This document shows, in pieces, positions 53,230-64,000 of a DNA stretch of 64,000 nucleotides (positions are counted from its first letter, which is position 1; every line of letters starts with the position of its first letter). Position numbers and translations under genes: made by a program. The DNA is from Octopus sinensis (Eukaryota), in NCBI RefSeq assembly GCF_006345805.1, contig NC_043000.1:88722001-88786000 (forward strand), in the 5' to 3' direction. Under the pieces are notes generated by a model. It did not search any database, was not told the DNA's origin, and saw nothing but the letters and a program-made list of their open reading frames with translations.

Positions 53230-54573
53230 ATATATATATAAAGTTCGCCGATAAATTTCATAAGTCAGAAAATAACAGGCATTCTAGTGAGTGATAGAGT
53301 GTGTATATAGAATTATAAACTTTATCTCATAACAGCCACTTCATATTGCAGAATATTTTTGTGAAAATGAACATTCCAAATTTAGAAAGGTATATTTACA
53401 ATCATCAGTCATATGCGATGACTGTTAATTTACTTTTCCACTCATGGAAACTTCATTAACACGAAACCATTCGGTAATTCGGATCGGTTATTATGAGGCT
53501 AAAGTTACATTACTGTATAAATAGTGCGTGTGTTCAAAATCAAACTTCTTTCACAATACTAACGAAATTAATACTTCGCGCGCGTTTTCATTTCATAGAC
53601 ACATATGGAAAATAGATTTCCAGCTTGACATAATGTAAACAAAGCTTTTTAAACATTTTTGTTTAATATGGATTTTATGAAAATCCTTCGTATTTTGTCT
53701 GCAACTTTGCAAATATGATCAATTCTATTCATTTCACCGTATCAGCTAAATTGTTTCGCTTTTAATCGAATTATTCAATAATAACAAAGCAAAGAGGATA
53801 TTTTTTCTGCTTATTCAATATCTGAGATTTTTTTTTGTTTTTTCTCTCTGTAAACTAATTACAGACCTTTGGCTATAGAAATGTGGCGCAACAAAAACTG
53901 TAATGAATAACTTATTTAATAAAAAAAGATGTATAGACACCAGTTGGCGATAAAATATTTTGCCAATGCTTTATTTTGTAAAGAATTAAATATTTTTTAC
54001 GAGACGAACAAAATGATTTACTTTTCGGATGCCTTGAAGATGTTGGTTGTGTCTTGACTTTTGTTTAGAGATGTTACTACACACAAGGAGGCTGACTTCT
54101 GATAAATATAATTCAATTGTGCTAATCTCTCAGATAGTTCCAAACGTATTTATTCAAGACTACAACCGTTTTCTTTTATTATTCTAGCTAAATTTAAAAC
54201 TTCAAATTCATGTCACAAATGCAAAGTTTCTCAACTAACAAAGAGAAATATCGTTCTGAGTAAATTATTATACCTCTCATAAAGAAAGATATTGCAAATA
54301 ACAACAGACTTGGGCAGACGAATTACCTTCAGTTTTACGAGTATTTAATTAGCCTATAAAACTATTCATAAACGTTGGGTAGTACAAGAAATTTTGTAAG
54401 ATTTTAATGTGGTTTGTCCAATATACTGCAGGTACTCAAGAGACAGATGTTCTGTTGCATGCTGAATCTAGCTTATAGCAACATAACGACTCATGTTATT
54501 ATCGCAGTAATGATTTTATTTGATAGAAATTATATATTAATTGTACTAAAAGTGCTCTTAGCATGCGCAATAA

Positions 54574-56788
54574 CACCGGGCAACAAAAAAGATTTATTGT
54601 TTGCTACCCAGACAGATGGTGCTAAATTCAGTACGCCGATTCCAAATCTGAACTCAGAATTGCTGTAGCACGTCAGGATTTTGAATTATGTACATAATCA
54701 TATATTAATACTATATTAGAATCAGGAATAGTTAAGTTCAAGGTAAATAATTATTATGATAATAAATTTATTATAATAGTAAATTTATGTTCAAGGCAAA
54801 TAGTATTATAATATAGTGATTCATAGTATATTTATATTAAGGGGATACTCACTTTACTTTTGATATGCTCAGCTCAGAAATGATGCTCTTGCGCTTATGC
54901 ATCGTGCTGGTGTCCCGTTATAGGAACCAGCAGGTGTCACCCATCATGTGCGGATTGAGCCGGCCTTGATACCTCGTTTCTATCTCACCATGCTCCTCTC
55001 TAAGGGCACCTAGATTCGTTGGAAAAAATCGCGATGAGAACGCAAGACGTGCATTTTAAGCGACATTCGACATCCTATTCTTTAACACACTGTTAACATA
55101 TTAAATCAACAGAGTTTTCAACTTTCAAGACAGTTCTGTACAACTAACACAAACGAATCCATGCCGTCAGCTCAACTGGATTCAGTCTACCTCTGAATCT
55201 GCTATCAGATATCAATTCTCTGATCTCGGGTCCAATGAAAATGTCTGTTTTCAGTTTTGCGTCACTTTTCTCTGCACCAAATTTTACTTTTAGGTACTGG
55301 AAGTCACAACCATCGTGTGTCATTGTTGTAACGAAGATTTTCATGGGACCGAGATTAATGTGAAGAGGTGGAGGGAAGATCTTTTACAGGTCTACCAGTG
55401 GCATATGCTGCACACTGTACCGACCAACTATGCACTCATCCTTTTTAGGCCAGTCTTTTACAGTGTAATGATTGTTGTCGTCGCGGCTGTTCCAAACACA
55501 CAAGAAGCACATATTTTTGGTATATCCCAGCTGCAGTCCTAGGAGGAGGAAAATCACCTTTAAATCATCATAGATATTCCACCTGGTGAACTAAGTAATT
55601 AACTCCTTTCAGAAAGAGTTCCATCGATTCATAAGTTTCCTCCATACCGACATTACCAACAGGAATGGAAGTTTTTTCATTACCATCAAGTGAAAACGCA
55701 GCTTTGAGGCTAACCTTACTCGAGTCTATAAACAATCTCCATTCGTTAACCACATGCACGTGTCCTAGTTTTTGTATGAGTGCATTAATGTCAGTACAGA
55801 AACAAGTATTATTGTCTTGCTTGAAAAAGAAAGATAAGCCTTTATGGCGAGAACGGAAAATGTACATTTTCATACCTTCCTGTAGGAGATTCCGTTGTTG
55901 TAGTTTGGATCCCCAAACTTCTGCCCTCTCCTTTGACAATGTTAGGCCTCATACTAAATAGTTCAAATCTTCTTGATTAAACTAGCCTGACTCATTTTTC
56001 ATAGAATCACCTACGTACTCTTCGTCAATAGAAGAGTCAGGAGGGTTCATAGTGCGACGTGTCAAGATTTTCAAGTGAAGCATGTAAGAGGTAACCTGGG
56101 ACCGGTTTTAGAGTTGACTTACAATCTGTATGCACAAATTTTGCTTTGGTCTTCTTTGGGAGACCACTAATATTAGTCATACAAAAGTAACAATCAGAAA
56201 CGTGATTGGTTGTCACGGCATGCTATTGGTACAGCAAAGGGCATTCCCTTATGTTTTCCATTCAATCACTGTGTAGACCCGGAGTAACACACGGTGCCGC
56301 ATATATGAGGTGCCCACCTCTTGTCTTGGTCCCCAACATTTCTCTCGAAATAGCATTTATAGGCAATTTTTAATTTTGTGGCAATTTTCCACAGACATAA
56401 CAAAAGTTGTCTGAGTGATTAACACAGCCTCTCCTATTCATGATCTAACACAATGAACACAGTTAAAACAATAATTACGCAGAGCGAGAGATACACATAC
56501 CACACGTGACGGCAGCGCAAACGACACTGAGAGTTAAAAGAACTGACGTATATGGCATTGCAAACAATATGTCAGCACCATCTATTACTAAACTGAATAA
56601 TGAACTTTCGCATCGTTTGTTTTATTGCTGTTATTTCTTTAATTTTCAATTAAGACAGCTTTTATTTAATAAATTTTATAATACGGCCTATATCTAGCCG
56701 AAAGCATAGTAATAATCGGAATCAGCATTCTCGATTTAGTCTAAAACACCTGCTTTTACCCCAGAGACAAAACCTTTGTTGTCCAGTG
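54574..56788 (-). mobile_element. Chapaev3-like (CMC) DNA transposon with decayed transposase
   Basis: TIRs CACCGGGCAACAAA / CACTGGACAACAAA with 3-bp TAA TSD; motifs FCYVCG, DQDKRWAPH, NHVSDCYFC, EWRLFIDSSKVSLKA, CFLCVWNSR, PPLHINLG, IFIGPEIRELI. Confidence 0.88.
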
Positions 56789-58451
56789 TAATCGCTGACA
56801 GTAAATAACCAATTCGTTTCGCTTACACTTTGTGCACTATATAAATACTGCGGTGTCAATTATTTCCCAGTTTCTCAAGAATGCTTACATGTACATTCCT
56901 CAAATTAATTGGAATAAGCTCTATATAATAAAGGCGCATATTTTCAACTACTTCTAGTGCATCTTTGAACTCTAATATTAAAATATCTATTGAAAACAAC
57001 CAAAATTAAATAAACAAATAAATCCGAATACGTCATTTATTTTATAAATAATTTTAAGTAAACCTGCCCTCTAAAATGGAAAGTGAGCAGATATCAAAAT
57101 TCATTATTGGAATTTGCAGTTTTGTCGATGGTTATGGTCACAAATTTTCTTATAGCCTTCAGTATTGTGCTGTACTTGTTACAAGTTATTATTTAAGATA
57201 TATACAACCCACTTATCAGGGCTTATTTTCAACTAAAAGTTGTATCATATAGCGAATGCATTTCGTTTAGCAATCGAGTTCAGTACATATCACATAATGA
57301 GCGATGTAATAGTCAACTCGCGGCTGTGAAAATTAGATCAAACGACAATGTACTGAAGATAAATATTGTATTATATATTTTAATAGGTACAAATCTATTT
57401 TAGAGAGAAAGAGTAGTTGATATAATTTACCTCTGCAAATTAAAGGAACCGATTTGAACTAATGTAGTATTTTCTACATAATCGTTTGACTATCAAAGAA
57501 ATGGCAGTTAAAATTTCCTCGATATTTTTCCGTTGTAAAAATGAATACACTAACCGAAAGAAAGACAAGACAGACAAGGCTAGCAGATTTGTCAATACCG
57601 ACCTACCTTGTGATATGGGCGAACTTGTGTTGATATCTCCTGTTTTTGCTCAGCAACAGAGCCGACAACGACGACTTCAGCAACAATACGGGAAACTAGT
57701 TTTATCAACTCATGATATAGGAACAAATGATTGACACCAGTAGAAAATTAATTTAAGGCGCAGAGAAACTATACGAAATATTTTAAGACATTTAGCTCCA
57801 CGATATACAGCTTCTGCTATTTTCTTATCCATTTGCTTGAGATAAGTATTGATTCACTGACGGATTAATTAATGCTGGTGTTAAAAGGTGTATCATTAAA
57901 ACTGCTATATTTAGAAGTTGACGTCTTGGTCGCAAAAGCAATGTGTAATAGAAACTCATCTGTAGTGTTTCCCTGCTGTTTTGGAATATTGTATTAAAAT
58001 CCATATTCTCCGCTTACCGAGCGGAAACATATATGGAAGCCAAACCTCTACAAAGTTTGTGGAGTTTTCAATAGATAAGGCACATAGCTGTTGCCGTTTA
58101 GTCAGTCTAAGTGTGAGTAAATTTTAAATGATTGTACGTCTAATGGTGGTATGTCCCGGAAACAATGCGTTATCAATAAACACATCCTGCAATTGCAATA
58201 AGCTGCTATGTTAAGTAAGTGAATATTCAATCAGGAAATATAAGAGTTTGGTTTATAAAAGAAACACTTAACTGCAACCTACTTAATGAATTTTATCAGC
58301 AGAATAGTAGAGTAAATCTAATGGCCATGTAAAACATTAAGGTGAAAGGAAACTCGCAACTAGGTATTTTGTATAAAAGAAATGGCAAGCAGAGATTTCT
58401 AGAGAATTGGATGGAAGGTAGACAAAAGCGAAAGAAGCCAGAGAAATATTC

Positions 58452-58605
58452 TTTTCTACTCTAGGTACAAAGCCCTTAAGTTTTTTTGGGGTGGGGTGCC
58501 AGTGGATTAGATCGACCCCAGTACGCAACTGGTACTTGATTTATCCACCCCGAAAGGATGAAAGGCAAAGTCAACCACAGCAGAATTTGAACTCAGAATA
58601 TAAAG
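58452..58605 (-). mobile_element. tRNA-derived SINE (family A)
   Basis: CTGGTACTTGATTTATCCACCCCGAAAGGATGAAAGGCAAAGTCAAC. Confidence 0.75.
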
Positions 58606-60002
58606 GAATGAAACTATGGAAAACTTTCGATACTGATTTCGGCGTTATTCGAACTTAGATCATGAAAGAATACTGTTATATGAAGCAGAAGAATGGTGCC
58701 CACCTAGGACAGATTTGAATTCAGAATATAAAATAATACATGTAAATGCATGAAAAAATCTACGTCGACCTAGGCGTAATTCGAAATGGGAACATAAGGT
58801 CAATTCAACTAAAATGCGACTAAGTTGAGCTCGGAACATGAAGAAACAGAACTAAATACAGCAAAATATTAATATTGACTCCGGCGTGGTTCCAGTTTAG
58901 GCAAGCCGTAAAGGAAATACATCAACGTCGAACTAGGCGTGATTCTAACTCGAAACATGAGGAAATATCACAAATTTTAGTAGAAATGGAAGTCGATTTA
59001 AGCGCAGATATCGTTACGGGGCTGAGAAGCTTGCTTTCCAAACGTTATCTTGGGTTCACCACCACTGCGCGGCACTTTGAGGGAGTGTCCTCTACTCTAG
59101 TCTCTGTGCCGACCAAATCCCCGTCGTGTGTGTCCACTATCGCTTTACAACCTGTATTCGCTTCTTTATGCCCTCGATAAAATATGTACCAAACTTTAAA
59201 TATGTACTTGGTTCGATTTGTTCGACTAAGTCCTTTTTTCTCTTTTATTTTTATTTTTCATTCTTATTTATTGATATTGCGATGAGTACCATTCCATAGA
59301 TGTATTGTGGAATCCCGTTTTCACTTCCAGTTTGCACTTCATCGAACTTCTATCAATAACTTACTTTTGAAAGGCGTGTAAGATGTGACATACATAATTA
59401 TACTTCATGTGCTAAATATATAAAACTATGCATTATTTAAAAAAATGTCACTGTTTTAGTCATCCGCATACATATCGTGCAATACATTCACATCATTTTT
59501 GCCCTTACTAGCTCTCTCAGAAAGATGCGAATGTAAGTAGCATCGTGTGGGATGTAGCCATTCTGTACAACCAAATTGGCCATTCATTGCCTTAAACGTA
59601 ACGTAGCTTCGACTACAGTAAACACACATAAAGTGGTCAAACTGTGTAGTCAACACTCCGAATTCCCCATAACACGCTTTTACGAACGTGATAGTGCATC
59701 CATTATCTTTTCAAAGTTAACTTATTTTAAGTTTGTGTCCGAAACAAGTCATTTTATATTGAGCCTCTTCGTATAGCCCATGAACATACTTGATGAGCAC
59801 AAACGGGCAAGTTAATAATATTACATTATTCCTGTTTATAGTAAGTTCAATTCCCATAAGCCCCAAGTTCTTTTGACGAAAGCATGCACAATTCAACTAT
59901 TGATTTATTCCTTTATAAACATTTCAGAATTTCCATATTTGTAGAGAGAATTCTTAAGTTTAGAATGTCTTAGACAAGAAAACATTAGCTATTATCAACA
60001 TA

Positions 60003-60170
60003 TAGGCGTAAGCGTGGGTGTGTGGCAAGAGGCTTGCTTCCCAACCACATGGCACCGGGTTCAGTCCTCCACTGTGTGACAACTTGGGAAAATGTCTTCT
60101 ATTATAACCTTGGGCCAACCAAAAACTTGTGAGTGGATTTGGTAGACAGAAACTGAAAAAAGCCCACCGC

Positions 60171-60203
<33 letters not shown>

Positions 60204-60455
60204 GTGTGTGTGTGTGTGTGTGTGTGTGTATCTATATGTGTTTATCTTTGTGTTTGTGTCTGTCCCCCATCACAGCTTGATAATCAGTACTGGTTTGCTT
60301 ACGTCCCTGTTACCTTGCGGTTCGGCAAAGTGACTAGTAGAATAAGTACTATGCTCAAAAAATAAGTCCTAGTGTCGATTTGTTCGACCAAAAGCTTTCA
60401 ATGCGGTGCTCCAGCATGACCACAGTCAAATGACCAAAACAAGTAAAAGAATAAA
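60003..60455 (+). mobile_element. tRNA-derived SINE (family B)
   Basis: Homologous to 40337-40748. Confidence 0.85.
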
Positions 60456-60489
60456 AGAAAGAAAAGAATATGAAAATATTTAACATTTC

Positions 60490-60943
60490 TAGGCGTATAA
60501 GATATATGCAACATTTTTAAACCTCTTCCTCCAAGAACATTGTGAAAGCAATAACATCATCACAGTAGGACAAGCAGCTGGGAAGAAGGGAGTCTGGGGA
60601 TGCGCTGAGCAATTGTTAATCAACAAAACTGCGATGTCAGAGGCGCGAGAGCATAGGAGGAACCTAGTTTCAATGTGGCTAGATTACAAGAAAGCCTTTG
60701 ACTCTTTTTCCTACTCATGGATGCTAGAAGCCCTTCAACTTGCTAAAGTTCCAGTGAGAATAGTCAAAGACACAGCTGACTTGACTTCATCGTGGACTAC
60801 CATCTGTAAATTAAACATAAAGAGTGACTGTATTAACACCGATAGAATACAGTATCGCAAAGGCATATTCCAAGGAGACAACCTCTCTGTGATGTTTATA
60901 CTTTCTGTAAAGCCCTTGTCATTCATGTGAAGGAAGTCTGAAG
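60490..60943 (+). pseudogene. R4/Dong-type RT fragment, interrupted by the mariner and resuming at 62202-62280
   Basis: GCAEQLLINK, WLDYKKAFDS, GIFQGDNLS; after the mariner SKITHCFFVYDLKL. Confidence 0.85.
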
Positions 60944-60945
60944 TA

Positions 60946-62199
60946 CGAGGGGCGTTCAATAAGTAATGCCCCTGACCCACTTGCAGTTGTTTGATTTAGC
61001 TGAAACTTTGCATGTGCAATTACCTATATCTCTATAGATTAAGTGGCAAATAACAGCTCTGAACTAATTGTGATTTCTGATTTACAGGTGTTTAAACTTA
61101 GTAATGTGTGAAACGGAGCCTGTGGAGTGTCGAGCAGTGATGCGGTTTTTGTATTTGAAAGGACGCACACCACGGGAGACTTTTGATGAAATAAAAGTAA
61201 CTTATGGTGATGATGCCCCATCATATGACTTTGTAAAACGCTGGCATCGTGAATTCAAACATGGTCGGAACTTTGTGGAAACAGCTCCCAGATCTGGTCG
61301 CTCCCTTCTGCCATTGATGAGGCATCTGTCCGTCAAGTTGAGGCTGCCATTTGGAAGATCGACGCATAACTATTCGCCAAATAGCCCATGAGGTCAAGAT
61401 TAGTACCGGGTCTGTGGAAACTATCATTCATGACCATTTGCATATGCAAAAGGTGTCTGCCAGATGGATTCCCAGGCTGCTCACACCTTTCCAGGAGCAA
61501 GAACACGTCGATTGCGCGAGGATGAATTTGTGCCAGGAAGATGAGTCAAAATTTTTCAAAAGACTGATTACACAGGATGAAACCTGGGTCCATCACTATG
61601 ATCCAGAGACCAAAGCCCAGTCAATGCAGTGGAAGCACCGTGACTCACCTCCTCCAAAGAAGGCAAGAGTGCAGTCCTCCGCTGGCAAGGTCATGCTCAC
61701 AGTCTTCTGGAACAAGGACGGAGTAGTGATGACAGATTTCCTGGCAAAGAGTGCCACAATTACAGGTGCCTATTATGCTTCACTTTTGAGGAAATTAAGA
61801 GAAGTTATCAAAATCAAGAGGCGGGGCAAGATCAGCAAAGGCATCCTCCTCCTGCAGGACACCGCTCCGGTCCACAACTCGCGTGTCGCCAGATCAGAAG
61901 CACAGGCGTGCGGCTATGAACTCATCCCTCTGATTTTCACCTCTTCCCAGCCATGAAGTTGTTTTTGAAAGGAAAGCGTTTCCCAGATGATGAAGCCTTG
62001 ATTTCTGAAGTCACGTCGTGGTTAGAGGACCAAGCTGGGGTCTTCTATAAAAACGGTCTTCAGAGCTGCATCAAACGATGGGAGAAATGCGTAACTCTGG
62101 GTGGTTCCTATGTAGAAAAAGACTAATAACTGTGCCACGTTTCGTTGCTCTACTGCTATGGGAAGTGGGTCAGGGGCATTACTTATTGAACGCCCCTCG
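60946..62199 (+). mobile_element. Mariner DNA transposon (1254 bp)
   Basis: Perfect 37-bp TIRs CGAGGGGCGTTCAATAAGTAATGCCCCTGACCCACTT; TA TSD on both sides. Confidence 0.97.
61104..62126 (+). pseudogene. Mariner transposase, frameshifted and missing the YSPDL motif
   Basis: HTH N-terminus, WIPRLL, TQDETW, QDTAPVH, PSDFHLF; frameshift(s) around 61300-61350 and a deletion near 61925. Confidence 0.92.
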
Positions 62200-62812
62200 T
62201 ATATCTCACTGGTTCACAAGAAAACAGAAATAGCAAAATTACACACTGTTTCTTTGTGTATGACTTAAAACTTTAGGCAAAGAATATACATACATACATA
62301 CATACATACATACATACATACACACATACATACATACATACATACATGCATACATACACACATACATACGTACGCACGTACGTATATACATACAGAATAC
62401 CCTGTTGTTGATACTGAAATTCCAATGAAGGAGCCTTGGATCTAGTTTAGAGATCGGTTGTTTCTCTATTGGCAAGAAAACCTGATATAAACAGAATAAT
62501 GGCATGCCTATAAAGCAATGAAACTCTGTCGTTGTTAGATGAGTACCCAGTTGTTCGTTCAACTAAATATTCTGCTCGAAAAATTAACCTGTAAGTCACA
62601 GTATATTCCACAGATGTGTATCGTTGACGTAATTCTAATGCAAAATCAGCGTGACGGAGAGGTATAATCTATTGGCCGGCCTTCTACGGAGATTCCAAGG
62701 CTATGGAAATTATTTTCGGCTAAAGTGACATACAGTGAGTTGGAGAAGGGATCAAGTTGTTACAAAGGGAACATCGTCGACGTCCTACTAAACTACATCT
62801 AAACATAAACAT

Positions 62813-62849
<37 letters not shown>

Positions 62850-62851
<2 letters not shown>

Positions 62852-62997
62852 TGTATGTGTGTGTAAGTGCGTGTGAGTAAGGTTAGTTAAAAAGAACAAA
62901 TTCAAAACATGGGTGTATCTATCTATGTGTGTGTGTGTTTGTGTATTCTAATTGGCTGGTCTCCCCGTCAATCAATTCAATGAATGAATTGATAAAA

Positions 62998-63089
<92 letters not shown>

Positions 63090-63300
63090 GCAATAAAAAA
63101 CCGCATCTGAGAGGCTAAGCGTGAGTTAATTTTTGTTTAATTTTATCAATTCATTCATTGAACTGATTGACAGGGAGACCATCCAATTAGAATACACAAA
63201 CACATACACGCACACACACACACATAGATAGATATACCCATGTTTTGAATTTGTTCTTTTTACTAACCTTACTCACACGCACTTACACACACATACACAC
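62850..63300. repeat. Inverted repeat with about 150-bp arms around a (TA)/(TG) spacer
   Basis: 62850-63001 is the reverse complement of about 63138-63300 with few mismatches. Confidence 0.9.
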
Positions 63301-64000
63301 ACACATATATATATATATGAATACAATTACAACTATTTCTGCTATTACTGCTGCGGAAGATTAACTGGTTTAGGGGAGCAGTCTATATTGAATTAATGAT
63401 AAATAACAGAGAGAAGAAACGAGATACGTAGAAGCAAGCGGTTTCTATCGCCCAAAAGCTCTGTTTTGGAAACTGGTCTAAAGCACGTGAATTCACCAAT
63501 GCATGTATCGTCCCTGAATGTAGTATCAAAATCAGTTACTGAGGGAAGCTAATTATGTCCTAGCACGAAGGTAATATCTTTGCAGGACAGATTTAGTTGA
63601 AAATGAAATCCGAGTTACGATCCCATTTTATAATCTTATGCTATTTTCATACATAGTCATACCATTAAGAGGACATAATTTTCCTATGTTTCAACTATTA
63701 TGAAAAGTATTAGTTATGCAGATAGCGGATATTAATTTCTAACAAAAAAGTGAAATTAAGAAGTAATTTCTTACTCTACACTAATTGCCGTTTCCAAAGT
63801 ATATTAGGAAAAGTGTTAAAATTTACATGGGATAGGAAATGAGATTCTGATATATTCTGCTCATATCATGCTATGATTCTTAACTCGTTTAGATGTTAAA
63901 GCTTTGTGCTTTTGTTTCGTTTCTGTTTATGTTACATTTCAATTCTTACTCCGACAAAATATTGCAATTTAATAGGAAAGGGTTTCTGCGAAGTATTTTC

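Noticed and set aside
58560-58965. CRISPR-like repeat-spacer array
   Set aside because: Repeats are highly degenerate, SINE-derived and in a eukaryotic context with no cas genes

Overview
AT-rich eukaryotic (animal) genomic DNA with dense microsatellites and almost no recognisable host gene. The SINE families and repeat landscape resemble an octopus/cephalopod genome (inference). The window holds decayed and near-intact transposons: a near full-length Neptune-type Penelope-like element (PLE; RT plus C-terminal GIY-YIG, 22.5-27.6 kb, minus strand), several PLE pseudo-LTR remnants in (TA)n, five R4/Dong-type RLE LINE copies (several in (TAA)/(TAG) repeats), CR1 and RTE fragments, a mariner, a Chapaev3-like and a hATm-like DNA transposon, MITEs/foldbacks and many tRNA-derived SINEs. 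Four observations stand out. (1) The PLE has a separate intact 431-aa ORF1; its pol frame has no start codon upstream of its conserved N-terminal motif and is entered exactly by a -1 slip on a U_UUU_UUA heptamer, or by splicing at the same site. (2) About 14 type-I hammerhead-ribozyme-like motifs lie between 5.8 and 28.3 kb, several of them canonical. (3) A covarying U3-A8 variant hammerhead core is shared by three different repeat families. (4) A tRNA-headed SINE carries a decayed minimal hammerhead near its 3' end. All calls were made by eye; no searches or folding were run.
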